From a candidate division WOR-3 bacterium (GTDB lineage: Bacteria > Hydrothermota > 32-111), in contig JBDRZU010000001.1 of assembly GCA_039804105.1 (NCBI GenBank), forward strand, positions 1,120,001-1,184,000: 64,000 bases of DNA, in the 5' to 3' direction. Below are positions 32,572 through 43,449 of this stretch, one piece after another. The translations under genes were made by a program, and so were the position numbers. The notes beneath the pieces were generated by a model. The model had not been told where the DNA came from. It saw nothing but the letters and a program-made list of their open reading frames with translations, and made no database searches. Positions within the stretch are counted from its first letter, which is position 1, and each line of letters starts with the position of its first letter.

Positions 32572-34131
32572 TCATTGGTAAAGAGATCTATCAACTTTTA
32601 AAAGCATATAATATGGCCTTTCTTCAACAGTATAGGCATAAGAAAAATATCCTTTATAAGTTTTTATAAAAACATTTATAGTTAAATTAGCATGTCTGTA
32701 TGGATTTTCAGTATTTTCAAAAACAACATAGGAAACATTGTTTTTTCTCATATAGTTTATAACAGTTGAATCATCATAGGTGTATGGGAAAAGAACCGTT
32801 TTTCGATCAGAATAAAGATAAAAAAGTTCAGGTTTTACAGTCATTATAACAGCATCCTCTTCAGTATTCTCACGTGCCCAGATCGCAAGGTCAAAAAATG
32901 TCCTTATTCCAAGTTCTGGTCTGAATCTGTTATCATTTCTAAAATTGAAATCTGTTTCAGAAAGCATATACATCTTTCTTGGTATATCAGAAACAAGATA
33001 AGAAATGTTTAGTACGATAGATATTATCAAAAAAACATAGAAAAGATTCAAAACCAATTCCTTTTTGAATTTAATTTTTAAAACAACAACTGATATCAAT
33101 ATCAAGAAAATGGAAAAAAATGGAGCAAAGAATCTATCGGTTGAAAAATATTCCGGCCATATAAGAAGTAAAATGAAATTTAAAAGTAAAAATGAAACTT
33201 CAAAAATATATTTTTTTTCATAAAAGGAAACAAATATTGAACCTATAAACAAAGAAAAAGGAATAATCACAAATGGAACATAATACCATTTTAAATCGAT
33301 GTTTGCCGAAAATGTTCTTGGAATTATAGTTGTAAAATATGTTAGAAAATTAAGAAAAATTCGTTGAAAAAATATTTTTATTGAAATATAACCTTCCTGT
33401 GGAAGATAAATGTTTCTATAGAATACCTGCTGGAAATAAGAGGATGTATGTCCTGTTTTTAAATAAACATAAAAAGCCCATATCTGACTTATCAAAAGGA
33501 AAATCGTAGTTAACAAAAAAAGTTTTTTCTTTCTTTCGCACAAAACAAGATATAAAAAAATTGCTATAAAAACTATTGCTCCATTTCCTCTTGTAAAAGT
33601 TGAAAGTGTACAAAAAATAAGAAAAATAATGAAATCGGTTTCTCTTTGACTTTCTTGATATCTCGCAAAGAAATAGAATATAAGAAGAACAAGGAGTGTA
33701 AAAAATGATTCTGTTAGAATGAGTGATGACCACTCAACAATATTTCTTGCAAATAAAAAAAGTAGGATTATCAGGATATTTAAAAATTTATTTCTGATAT
33801 ATTTATTCAAAAGATGGAAAAATACAAAAACTGAAAGTAAATAAAAAAACAGAGAAAACATTTTCATCATAAAAATATTTTCTCTACCAAAAATGAGCAT
33901 AACAAAAGAAAGGACAAGAGGGAAAAGGGGAGGATACTGTTTATGTAGATCTTCTTCAACAGTGTTTATTTCTCTCATGAACTTCCCTTCCAAAATCGAC
34001 CGCCCAAGCATTATATATCTTGCATTATCTCCACCTTGATTAGGTAATATATCAAAATTTAACATTCCCCATATAAAAGCAAGAAAAATAACAATTATAA
34101 GTAAAATATTTTGCTTTAAAATTTTTACCAT
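32572..34131 (-). CDS. GT-C fold (ArnT/PMT-like, GT39/83) membrane glycosyltransferase
   Basis: GDNARY..LG, QYPPLFP, ILTES.F, multiple TMs, RFF.P. Confidence 0.75.
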   Translation of the reverse strand: MVKILKQNILLIIVIFLAFIWGMLNFDILPNQGGDNARYIMLGRSILEGKFMREINTVEEDLHKQYPPLFPLVLSFVMLIFGRENIFMMKMFSLFFYLLSVFVFFHLLNKYIRNKFLNILIILLFLFARNIVEWSSLILTESFFTLLVLLIFYFFARYQESQRETDFIIFLIFCTLSTFTRGNGAIVFIAIFLYLVLCERKKKLFLLTTIFLLISQIWAFYVYLKTGHTSSYFQQVFYRNIYLPQEGYISIKIFFQRIFLNFLTYFTTIIPRTFSANIDLKWYYVPFVIIPFSLFIGSIFVSFYEKKYIFEVSFLLLNFILLLIWPEYFSTDRFFAPFFSIFLILISVVVLKIKFKKELVLNLFYVFLIISIVLNISYLVSDIPRKMYMLSETDFNFRNDNRFRPELGIRTFFDLAIWARENTEEDAVIMTVKPELFYLYSDRKTVLFPYTYDDSTVINYMRKNNVSYVVFENTENPYRHANLTINVFIKTYKGYFSYAYTVEERPYYMLLKVDRSLYQ

Positions 34132-34224
34132 TTTTATATTATCTTTTTAATCTTCAGAAATGTCAAGTATTTTTCTCTTTAAAACTATTTTTTTTCAATT
34201 ATAATTAATCGAAAAGGGGGATAT

Positions 34225-37200
34225 TTGGAAAAAAATTTTTTCATCGATATCTCAGGTTTTACAAAAACAACTGAAGAATTAATTCAAAATTCAAAATATG
34301 GTGCAGAAATAATTACAGACATTGTAAATGTTATATTTGGACAAACGATTGAAAAAATTTATCAGAATAATGGTTATGTTTTACTTTTTGCTGGTGATGC
34401 CATAATGATCAACATTGAAGAATCCTTGTTACCAAATATAGAAAATTCTTTAAAAGAAAATATCGAAAATTTAAATAAAAAGATTGGAATTAATCTTGGT
34501 TTTAAAACAGAAACACTCGATAAAATTTACAATCCACATTTGATAGAGTGTAAAAAAAGAAATTTTCTTTTCTTCCATCCTGACAATTCAAAAATCTTTT
34601 ATTCTGAGATAAAAGATACTATAAACCTTGAATATCCTGAGATAATAAAAGAACTCAAACTTAAAAATTTTCAAGGAGAATTAAGAGAGATTCCAGCATC
34701 TTTTATAAACATTTCAAAAAAATATACTGTTGAGAATTTAAAAATTTTTTTACGGGAGTTGATAAACGATGCAGATGAAAACAAAATCTATGTTAACAAA
34801 ATAGAATATGCTGATAAAGGATGGAACATTCTCGTTGTCTCGGGACTTCCAGAATCAATTGAAAACGCACATTACAAACTGATAGTTTTTTTGAAAAGGG
34901 TTTTGGATTTAGCAAAAAAATCGGGAATCGATATAAAAATTGGATGTACTTTAAATAAAGGTTTTGCAGGTTTTGTTGGTACAGACAGGAGATGGGAATA
35001 TACATTTATCGGAGGAAATATAAATCTCGCCGCAAGAATAGCTTTCAAGACAAAAGAAAATTCTATCTATACAGATGTAAATTTTTTCAAAGCTCTTTCA
35101 GAAAAATTTGATTTTCAATTTATTGATAAATTTGAATTCAAAGGTTTTAATGAAAAAATACAGGTTTTTAATCTGCTCGAAGAAAAAAAAGAAAAACACA
35201 TTTACATTTACATTGAGCGTGATGAAGAGCTGAAAAGTGCGTTAAAAATATTACAACATGATGGTATTATCCTTTTTTTGGAGGGGGGTGGTGGAGTAGG
35301 AAAAACAACTTTTCTTTTTGATCTTTTATCAAAATGTAATCAAAATTTTATCAGAATTATCTCTGATGATAAAAGACAACCTTATTCATTGATAATTTCA
35401 TTGATTGAAAAATTGAAAAATTTTAATTTTCAAAATATAAATGATCAAAAATTAATTTTTGGAATTGATAGGTTTTTAGATATTGAAAACAAATTCAAGT
35501 TTTTCGTTAAAAATATAGATGAGAGAATTTTACTTGTTTTTGATGACTCCCATCTTGTTGATGATGAATCATTAACCCTGCTAAAGTGGGCTTTTTACAA
35601 TAAAAATGAAAATCTTTCGTTTATATTCTCTGGAAGAGACATTTCGAAATTTGAATTCTCTAAATCAAAACTTTCAGGATATAAATTTGAAGTTATAAAA
35701 TTAAAAAATTTTAATGAAGATCAAACAAAAGAATTTGTAGAAAGATTTTTATCATTAAAAGTAAAAGATAAAGATGTTTTAAATTTTTATAAAATTTCTG
35801 AAGGAAATCCTTTATATTTGTATCAGTTTTTAACTTTTTTAAAAAATGAAGAGTATTTCAAAAATAAGGATGGAAATTTACTGTTAAATATAGATCTTGA
35901 AAAAGTTCCATATTCTTTAAAAGAACTTGTCCTTCTAAAATTTGATAAACTTCCTGAAAAAACAAAAGATTTTATTGAAACTGGAACACTTTTAGGAGAT
36001 GAATTTAAAAATAAAATAGTTTTAAATTCCATAAATGTTGACGAAAAAAATTTTTCAACAATATCGTATCCTGCATTACAAAACAAACTCATCACACAAA
36101 AAGATCAATTTGTTTCCAGATTTTATCATTCACTTGTAAAAGAAATAATTCAAGATAGAATGATAAAAAAAAGGATAGAACAGATTTCTAAAAAAATTGC
36201 TGATGAATTAAAGAAATTTACAGATGACCCATATTCTTTATTGCAATCTGCTGATTTTTATTTTCTTGCACTTGATATCAAAAACTCTTACGAATGTTAT
36301 ATCTGTTCATTCAACCTTTTTTATAAACAGAAAAACTATGAATATTGTGTTCATATATTAAAGAAATTGTTTTCATTAAGTGAAATCTCTTTAGATGAAA
36401 AATATAAACTTTTTTCGCTCTTCAGCAAAATCTCAAAAGTAAAAATGAACTTAGAATTGTTAAAAAATGTAACTCGAAGTTTTTGGGAAATTGTTGAAAA
36501 GAAAAATGATTTTGAAAAAGAGTATATTGAAGATATTATTGATTCTCTCTTATACTTCGCTCGCGATTTGAACAACTCTTCAAAAATTCTTGAAATCTAC
36601 AAAAGCAAATTTGGTCAAAATTTTTATTACTTAAAAACACTCCTTAAGCTTTATGAATTTAAAGGTGAAGAGATTCCAAAATCTAAAGAAATTTTAAAAA
36701 AAATAAGAAAATTACAGATGACAAAAAAAGAATTTTTTTTATATAAAATTCTTGTTGCTACCTATTATTTCTTTTATACTTTAAAGAAAAATATTGTTTA
36801 CAAAACTATAAAGGAACTTGATTTTTTAAAAAATGATATTAAAAACAAAGATCTACTAGTAAACTATTACTCTTTTTTAAAATCTTTTTATCTACATACA
36901 AACAGGTTGAATGAAGCGGAAAAGGTTATAAAAAAACTTTTAAAATACAATAAACTTATTGATAGAGCAGATATTTTTAATGATCTTGCAATAATCTATT
37001 CAAACAGATTTTATGTTACAAAAGATTTTAAAAACTTAAATATTGCAACAAAATATCAAAAAAAAGCATACAGTATCCTTAAATATGATATGAAACTAAA
37101 CGATTTACCTCTTATCACAACAAATCTGGCTGTTAACTATTCACATTCAGGAAATGTTCAAAAGATGTTAAAATATCTCTATGAGGGATTACTTTATGGA

Positions 37201-37953
37201 TTAGAAATTGATCATCCAGTAGAAACACCCTATAATTATGTCCTTTTAATGCTTTTCATTTATCAAAGAGGTTGTCATAATTTAGGATATAAACTCAACG
37301 ATTTTATTTTAAACTACAAATATCAAATTGATATCTCTGTTGATACTTTAATAATAAAATATTTTGAAACAGGGGATGTGTCATATTTAAAAAAAGCAAA
37401 TTATTATTTAAAAAGGTTGCTTTTAAGAGAAAATACTCCTCCCTACACGATCTATCTTGAACTTTATTTCAATAAATTCTATTTTGATGATAACAAAAAA
37501 GGAATGTTAAGATTGAAAAAAAAGATTGAAAATTTTGAAAAAACTTCAAGATTGAGAGAATCAACAATTTTTAAACTAAAATTAACCAAATGTGTTATCG
37601 ATATTGAAAATAAAATTATTGACGAAAAAAATATCGCAAAAATTTTAAAGGAAATTGAAAATCAAAAATATATCAGTTTAGTTTCTTCACAATTATACTT
37701 TTCCACTGCAAAATCGTTTTATGAAAAAAGTGATCCAAAGTTTTTAGATTACCTTTTAAAATCCCATAAAATTGCTAAAAAGTTATGTTATTTCAATATG
37801 TGTAGGTATATTGAGAATTATTGTATTCAGAATAATATTCTTAGAAGAAAATTTGCAAAAGAGAATTTAAAAACATTAAAAACGATAGATGAAATGAACA
37901 AGATTAATGAACTTGAAACTTTTGTTAACTGGTTTTTAAATCTAACATATTGA
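34225..37953 (+). CDS. Adenylate/guanylate cyclase (tandem domains) + AAA/STAND NTPase + TPR-like helical repeats
   Basis: FIDISGFT...GAE, FAGDAI, DKG, EYTFIGGNINLAARI; Walker A GGGGVGKT, Walker B LVFDDSH, GNPLY, FYHSLVKE. Confidence 0.82.
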   Translation: MEKNFFIDISGFTKTTEELIQNSKYGAEIITDIVNVIFGQTIEKIYQNNGYVLLFAGDAIMINIEESLLPNIENSLKENIENLNKKIGINLGFKTETLDKIYNPHLIECKKRNFLFFHPDNSKIFYSEIKDTINLEYPEIIKELKLKNFQGELREIPASFINISKKYTVENLKIFLRELINDADENKIYVNKIEYADKGWNILVVSGLPESIENAHYKLIVFLKRVLDLAKKSGIDIKIGCTLNKGFAGFVGTDRRWEYTFIGGNINLAARIAFKTKENSIYTDVNFFKALSEKFDFQFIDKFEFKGFNEKIQVFNLLEEKKEKHIYIYIERDEELKSALKILQHDGIILFLEGGGGVGKTTFLFDLLSKCNQNFIRIISDDKRQPYSLIISLIEKLKNFNFQNINDQKLIFGIDRFLDIENKFKFFVKNIDERILLVFDDSHLVDDESLTLLKWAFYNKNENLSFIFSGRDISKFEFSKSKLSGYKFEVIKLKNFNEDQTKEFVERFLSLKVKDKDVLNFYKISEGNPLYLYQFLTFLKNEEYFKNKDGNLLLNIDLEKVPYSLKELVLLKFDKLPEKTKDFIETGTLLGDEFKNKIVLNSINVDEKNFSTISYPALQNKLITQKDQFVSRFYHSLVKEIIQDRMIKKRIEQISKKIADELKKFTDDPYSLLQSADFYFLALDIKNSYECYICSFNLFYKQKNYEYCVHILKKLFSLSEISLDEKYKLFSLFSKISKVKMNLELLKNVTRSFWEIVEKKNDFEKEYIEDIIDSLLYFARDLNNSSKILEIYKSKFGQNFYYLKTLLKLYEFKGEEIPKSKEILKKIRKLQMTKKEFFLYKILVATYYFFYTLKKNIVYKTIKELDFLKNDIKNKDLLVNYYSFLKSFYLHTNRLNEAEKVIKKLLKYNKLIDRADIFNDLAIIYSNRFYVTKDFKNLNIATKYQKKAYSILKYDMKLNDLPLITTNLAVNYSHSGNVQKMLKYLYEGLLYGLEIDHPVETPYNYVLLMLFIYQRGCHNLGYKLNDFILNYKYQIDISVDTLIIKYFETGDVSYLKKANYYLKRLLLRENTPPYTIYLELYFNKFYFDDNKKGMLRLKKKIENFEKTSRLRESTIFKLKLTKCVIDIENKIIDEKNIAKILKEIENQKYISLVSSQLYFSTAKSFYEKSDPKFLDYLLKSHKIAKKLCYFNMCRYIENYCIQNNILRRKFAKENLKTLKTIDEMNKINELETFVNWFLNLTY

Positions 37954-38000
37954 CTTAAATTTCTGAAAAGTTAATATTGATTTATATTTCAGGAGGTTTG

Positions 38001-39680
38001 ATGGCAAAGAGAAAACTTTTGATAAGAGATTTAACATTAAGAGATGGACAGCAATCACAGTTTGCAACACGAATGAACCAGAATCAGGTTGATAGGGTAT
38101 TACCATATTTTAAGGAAGCATCTTTTTATGCAATGGAAGTGTGGGGGGGTGCTGTTCCCGACTCTGTGATGAGATTCTTAAATGAAAATCCATGGGAAAG
38201 GCTGGAAAAGATAAAAGAAGGAATTGGTCCCAAAACAAAATTGACTGCATTATCAAGAGGAAGAAATCTTTTTGGATACAATCCATATCCTGACAGTGTA
38301 ATCGAAGGTTTTTGCAGAAATGCTATCAAATCTGGTATAGATATAATGAGGGTTTTCGATGCATTAAACGATATAGATAATTACAAAGCAACTATAAAAT
38401 TTGTAAAAGAGAATAAAGGAATCGTTGATGGTGCTGTGTGTTATACGACTGATCCACAATTTTCATTTAAAGAAAAGTTAAAATCATTCTTCTCTTCTGA
38501 AAAATTACCTCCCAAAATATTTACAGTTGATTATTTTGTTAAAAAAGCAAAGGAACTCGAATCTCTGGGGGTTCATATGGTCACCATAAAGGATATGGCA
38601 GGATTGATTGACCCAGAGATGTCAGCAAAGATTATAAAGGGATTAAAGAAAGAATTGAATATACCTGTTGATTTACATACTCATTGCACGCCCGGTTATG
38701 GTCTCGCATCGATACTTATGGCTATAATAAATGGTGCAGATATGGTTGATACAGTAATATATAATTTTGCAGGTGGTCCTGCTGCTCCTGCTTTTGAACT
38801 TGTTAAAATTTTTGCAGATAAACTGGATATAGAGATTGATGTAAACCTCGAAGCTGTTGTAAAAATTGATAAAGAACTTAAAAAAATATGTGAAGAATTA
38901 AAACCTTTCAACACTGAATACATCTATCCAAGAGAGTTTGATATAACAAAAGATAAATTACCAGTTGAAATCGAAAAACATTTCGATAACGCTATAAACT
39001 ATGCTATTAAAAACAATTATACAAAACTTCTGGATGAAATACACAAAATTGAGGATTATTTTGGTTTTCCGAAACCAAACGAGATTGTAAAACATGCTCA
39101 AATCCCCGGTGGAATGTACACAAACATGAGATCACAACTCGAACAGGCAAAACTAATACATCTTATGGAGAGGGTTTTGCATGCAGTTCCAAAGGTTCGT
39201 CTCGATTCGGGACTTCCACCACTTGTCACTCCAACAAGTCAGATCGTTGGTGTTCAGGCAGTCAACTGTATCATAGATGAAAACAACGGAAAAGAATGGT
39301 ATACCACCAAATCAGCACAATTTGTTAATCTTGTAAAAGGATCTTATGGAAAAACACCTTATAAAATAAATCCTGAATTCAGATACAAAATTGCAGGAAC
39401 AAGAGAAGAAATACCTTATGATGTTTCAAAATATCAGAAACAGGAAAACCCTGTTCTTGAAGAGTTTGGTGGTGTTTTACTTGCCCAAAATGAAAAAGAA
39501 GAACTCTTACTTGAACTTTTCCCGAATGTTGCAAACAACTTTTTAAAGAAGGTGAGAGAAAAAGAGTTCAACGAAAAAGTACAGAAAGACCCAGATTATC
39601 TAAAAAAATTGAAAGAGAAAAACAAGGTTGATGATGGAATAGATGATGATCTATGGGATAATCTTTCATACAATATTTAA
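38001..39680 (+). CDS. Pyruvate/oxaloacetate carboxyltransferase (OadA/transcarboxylase 5S-like), no biotin domain
   Basis: RDLTLRDGQQS..ATRM, EVWGGA, IKDMAG, HTHCT.G, QIPGGMYTN, PPLVTPTSQIVG; AGGAGG SD before the ATG at 38001. Confidence 0.9.
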   Translation: MAKRKLLIRDLTLRDGQQSQFATRMNQNQVDRVLPYFKEASFYAMEVWGGAVPDSVMRFLNENPWERLEKIKEGIGPKTKLTALSRGRNLFGYNPYPDSVIEGFCRNAIKSGIDIMRVFDALNDIDNYKATIKFVKENKGIVDGAVCYTTDPQFSFKEKLKSFFSSEKLPPKIFTVDYFVKKAKELESLGVHMVTIKDMAGLIDPEMSAKIIKGLKKELNIPVDLHTHCTPGYGLASILMAIINGADMVDTVIYNFAGGPAAPAFELVKIFADKLDIEIDVNLEAVVKIDKELKKICEELKPFNTEYIYPREFDITKDKLPVEIEKHFDNAINYAIKNNYTKLLDEIHKIEDYFGFPKPNEIVKHAQIPGGMYTNMRSQLEQAKLIHLMERVLHAVPKVRLDSGLPPLVTPTSQIVGVQAVNCIIDENNGKEWYTTKSAQFVNLVKGSYGKTPYKINPEFRYKIAGTREEIPYDVSKYQKQENPVLEEFGGVLLAQNEKEELLLELFPNVANNFLKKVREKEFNEKVQKDPDYLKKLKEKNKVDDGIDDDLWDNLSYNI

Positions 39681-40924
39681 TCCTTTGAAGAGGAAGATCC
39701 TGCAACGAATCCTGATGACCATGCCCATTGGAGGTTGAAACCTCCGCTTTTTCCATCAACATCGATTATTTCTCCAGAAAAGTAAAGATTTTTTATCCTT
39801 CTATGTTCAAGATCCGTTGTCAATTCGGAAAGATCAATTCCACCAGCCATAACCTGAGCATTTAAAAATCCATTATGATCTTTAATCTCAAAGGTAAATC
39901 TATGTATGTTTTTTGATATTTTCTTCACATCAAATTTTTGTAGATCTTTTATTTTACTTTTCAAATTATATCCAAGAGATTTTAAAAATATCATTCCTAT
40001 TCTTTTATTTATCCATCCTGAAAACAGTTGTTCAAGATCCCTTTCAGGAATATTTTTAATTCTAAAATTTAACTCTTCTTCGATTTCAGAATCGGTCATA
40101 TCAGGTAAAAGATCAATAAAAATTTTTACCTTTTTTCCCTCTACCAAATTTCTTACTGCTTCTCTACTGATATTCAAAATCCCATTTCCACTTATTCCAT
40201 AATCGGTAAATATTATATCATTTTTTTCACACAAAATGTTTTCACCATCAACATTCAAAATTATTCCCGCTTCCCATTTACATCCTTCCATACTTTTAAA
40301 CGGATATTCTGGATATATTTTCAGTTGTACAAGAGATGGAAAAGGTTTATTTATTTTTATCCCAAGATTTTTTAAAAACTGAAAAAACTTCTCCTCTTTT
40401 TCCTTTATTCCAGCAAGACCACCTATTGAAACAATAATTTTTTTGCAAAAAAATCTGTTTCTGTTATCCGACTCTATTAAAAATCCATCATCTCGAATTT
40501 TGATATTCTCAATCCTGTTCTCCGTAAAAAACTCTACTCCTTTCTCGTTCGAAGTAAATCTTAAAGAATCAACAACAGAAGATGCCTGTTTTGAATAGGG
40601 ATAAATTCTCCCATCATCATCTTCAAAAATTTTTATACCTATCGAAGAAAAAAACTCTAAAGTTTTTCTTTTAGGAAACTTTGATAATATTGTTCTAATA
40701 AAAAAGGGGTCACCATAATAATTTTCAAGACATTCGTTTCTATTTGTTAGATTACATTTACCATTTCCTGTTCTTAAAACCTTTTTTAAAACTCTATCCT
40801 CTTTTTCAAAAACTCCAACTTTCGTGTTTTGACTTTTAGCAAATATTGAAGCAATGACTCCAGATGCCCCTCCTCCAATTATTCCTATATCGAATTCTTT
40901 ATCAATATGATTTTTTATATCCAT
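39677..40924 (-). CDS. HI0933/BaiN family FAD-dependent oxidoreductase
   Basis: IGGGASG, KVLRTGNGKCNLTN, GRIYP, FTDYGISG, AQVMAGG, GEIIDVDGKSGGFNLQWAWSSG. Confidence 0.92.
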   Translation of the reverse strand: MDIKNHIDKEFDIGIIGGGASGVIASIFAKSQNTKVGVFEKEDRVLKKVLRTGNGKCNLTNRNECLENYYGDPFFIRTILSKFPKRKTLEFFSSIGIKIFEDDDGRIYPYSKQASSVVDSLRFTSNEKGVEFFTENRIENIKIRDDGFLIESDNRNRFFCKKIIVSIGGLAGIKEKEEKFFQFLKNLGIKINKPFPSLVQLKIYPEYPFKSMEGCKWEAGIILNVDGENILCEKNDIIFTDYGISGNGILNISREAVRNLVEGKKVKIFIDLLPDMTDSEIEEELNFRIKNIPERDLEQLFSGWINKRIGMIFLKSLGYNLKSKIKDLQKFDVKKISKNIHRFTFEIKDHNGFLNAQVMAGGIDLSELTTDLEHRRIKNLYFSGEIIDVDGKSGGFNLQWAWSSGFVAGSSSSKD

Positions 40925-40956
40925 AAATAAAAAAAGGGATCAAATGATCCCTTTTT
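40925..40956 (-). terminator. Intrinsic terminator after the V-ATPase/lipoprotein operon
   Basis: AAAAAGGGATCA-TT-TGATCCCTTTTT hairpin followed by a T-run on the minus strand. Confidence 0.7.
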
Positions 40957-40972
40957 GATAAAAATAAAATTT

Positions 40973-41431
40973 TTATTTTGAAAGTGCTTCTTCAACTTTT
41001 TTCTGAACTTCACTGTTAACACTATCAGTTAAAGCAGCAGCGATCCACTCAAACTCTTCCGGTGTTATATTGTTCTTTTTGTAAATTTCACTTTCAATTT
41101 TTTCCCAATTACTTTTTATACTTTCAAACTCCTGTTTTATCTTATCACCTTTCTTGTCAAGATTTTCCATATCCTCATCTGAAAGATTATATTTCTTTTT
41201 AAACTCTTCAACTTTCTGACTCATCTTTTCTATTTCTAAAGTCAACTCTTTTGCAACTTTAATATATTTTTCCATTTGTTCTGGTGTTATCTTTCCATCT
41301 GCTGGTGGATTATAAACATTTTTTGCTGTTTCTTCTTTTTGAACTTTTTTCCCAATATCTTTTGCATTATCTGTTGGAGTGCAGGATATTATTAAAAAAA
41401 TTATCAATGTAAAAAACAATACTTTTTTCAT
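40973..41431 (-). CDS. Hypothetical helical lipoprotein
   Basis: AGGAGG SD, lipobox IISC, PADGKIT..Q...Y, EFEW. Confidence 0.65.
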   Translation of the reverse strand: MKKVLFFTLIIFLIISCTPTDNAKDIGKKVQKEETAKNVYNPPADGKITPEQMEKYIKVAKELTLEIEKMSQKVEEFKKKYNLSDEDMENLDKKGDKIKQEFESIKSNWEKIESEIYKKNNITPEEFEWIAAALTDSVNSEVQKKVEEALSK

Positions 41432-41442
41432 TTTACCTCCTA

Positions 41443-42066
41443 TCAATGCTTTCTGACTATATCTTTTACTTTCATCAACCTTGTGAGATTCGATCTTTCG
41501 ATCTCAGCGAGTTTCATCGTTATATATCTTATCGTCTCTTCAAGTGAAGGTATCAATTTATACTCAAGCGCATTAACTCTTCTTCTTGTTTTATCTATCT
41601 CATCAGCAAGAAGTTGCACCTTCTTTTCCATCTGCGCAAGATGTATGAGTGTATCAAGAAACTTTTCAAACTTTAACAAAGCAAAATCCATCTCACCAGA
41701 GGTGTTTAAAAAGCCATAGCATATTATATCTCCTGATACTTCCTTTTTAAACTCAGGAACTTTAACTGACATTAAATTTTTTGTTTCAACGAGTATAGAT
41801 ACCTGTTTTGTTGGTAGTGCTAAAGATTCTTCCATCTGTTCTTTTCCAAGTTCACTTTGTGCAAGAACAAAAGATTGTAAAATCGATTGGAACTCTTTTT
41901 CTATTTCTATTCTACTTCTTTTCACCTCTTCTATCTGAGACAACATCTGTCTCATCAATTCATCCTGCTTGTCTTTTAAAAGTTTATGTCCTCTTCGTGC
42001 TATTTTTACTCTTTTTTTGAGTTTTTGCAACTCCATCCTTGTGGCATTAACATTCAGTATCATCAT
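41443..42066 (-). CDS. ntpD: V/A-type ATP synthase subunit D
   Basis: TRMEL..LK.R...[19 protein letters not shown]. Confidence 0.95.
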   Translation of the reverse strand: MMILNVNATRMELQKLKKRVKIARRGHKLLKDKQDELMRQMLSQIEEVKRSRIEIEKEFQSILQSFVLAQSELGKEQMEESLALPTKQVSILVETKNLMSVKVPEFKKEVSGDIICYGFLNTSGEMDFALLKFEKFLDTLIHLAQMEKKVQLLADEIDKTRRRVNALEYKLIPSLEETIRYITMKLAEIERSNLTRLMKVKDIVRKH

Positions 42067-43439
42067 TCAACCTTTTTATAATATTTTTCAATATTTTCGT
42101 CTCTAATTCTTTTTAACTCCTCTTTCGGGAATATTGAAAGGAGTTTCCATCCAAGATTTAAAGTTTGTTCAATCGTTCTATTTTCATAATCACCCTGTGA
42201 TATATACTGTTCTTCAAAATCCTGTGCAAACTTCAAGTAAACCTTGTCCATATCAGTCAAAGCACTCTCTCCAAGAATAACTGCAAGTTCTTCTGCCTCT
42301 TTTCCTCTTGCATAGGAAGCGTATAGTTGGTTGAAAAGATCAGCATGATCCTCTCTTGTTTTCCCTTTTCCAATACCTTTATCCTTTAACCTTGAAAGAG
42401 ATGGCAAAATATCAACTGGTGGTGAGATCTTTTTTCTGTTCAACGATCTTGAAAGAATTATCTGTCCTTCTGTGATATATCCAGTAAGATCAGGTATCGG
42501 ATGTGTTTTATCATCTTCAGGCATTGTTAAAATTGGAATCAGAGTTATTGAACCTTTTTTTCCTTTTATCCTACCAGCCCTTTCATATATGGTGGAAAGA
42601 TCTGTATAAAGGTAACCCGGATAACCTCTTCTTCCCGGAACCTCTTTTCTTGCTGCTGAAATTTCTCTCAACGCTTCGCAATAGTTCGTCATATCGGTTA
42701 AAATAACGAGAACATGCATATCATGTTTGAATGCCAAAAATTCTGCTGTTGTCAAAGCAACTCTTGGAGTTGCGATTCTTTCAATCGCAGGATCATCAGC
42801 AAGATTTAAAAATAAAACTGCTCTTGTAATAGCACCTGTTTTTTTAAAATCATCTATGAAAAATTGTGCTTCCTCAAAAGTTATTCCCATCGCTCCAAAA
42901 ACAACAGCGAACTGTTCATCTTTCCCAAGAACTGTTGCCTGTCTTGCGATCTGCGCTGCCATTTTGTTGTGTGGAAGTCCACTTCCAGAAAATATTGGGA
43001 GTTTCTGTCCTCTAACAAGAGTATTCAATCCATCAATCGTTGAAATTCCTGTTTGAATAAACTCGTTTGGATAATCTCTTGCATAAGGATTTATCGGTGC
43101 ACCGTTTATATCAAGATTTTCTTCTGGAATTATCCTGTCATTTTCAGTTTTTGGTCTTCCAAGACCATTGTAAACTTTTCCAAGCATATCCTTTGAAACA
43201 CCGATATTTATTCCGTGTCCTAAAAATCTTGTTCTTGTTTTATCAATATCGATTCCAGTTGTTCCTTCAAAAACCTGAACTAAAGCTTTATCCTGATTAA
43301 CTTCAAGAACTTTTCCATTTTTCTTGCTTCCATCAGGGAGTTCAATTTCAACAAGTTCTTCATACTTCACACCACTGACTCCTTCAACAAGAATCAATGG
43401 ACCCATTATGTTTACAAGACCTTTGTATTCCTTTATCAT
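42063..43439 (-). CDS. ntpB: V/A-type ATP synthase subunit B
   Basis: [45 protein letters not shown]. Confidence 0.97.
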   Translation of the reverse strand: MIKEYKGLVNIMGPLILVEGVSGVKYEELVEIELPDGSKKNGKVLEVNQDKALVQVFEGTTGIDIDKTRTRFLGHGINIGVSKDMLGKVYNGLGRPKTENDRIIPEENLDINGAPINPYARDYPNEFIQTGISTIDGLNTLVRGQKLPIFSGSGLPHNKMAAQIARQATVLGKDEQFAVVFGAMGITFEEAQFFIDDFKKTGAITRAVLFLNLADDPAIERIATPRVALTTAEFLAFKHDMHVLVILTDMTNYCEALREISAARKEVPGRRGYPGYLYTDLSTIYERAGRIKGKKGSITLIPILTMPEDDKTHPIPDLTGYITEGQIILSRSLNRKKISPPVDILPSLSRLKDKGIGKGKTREDHADLFNQLYASYARGKEAEELAVILGESALTDMDKVYLKFAQDFEEQYISQGDYENRTIEQTLNLGWKLLSIFPKEELKRIRDENIEKYYKKVE

Positions 43440-43449
43440 TCAAACTCCT

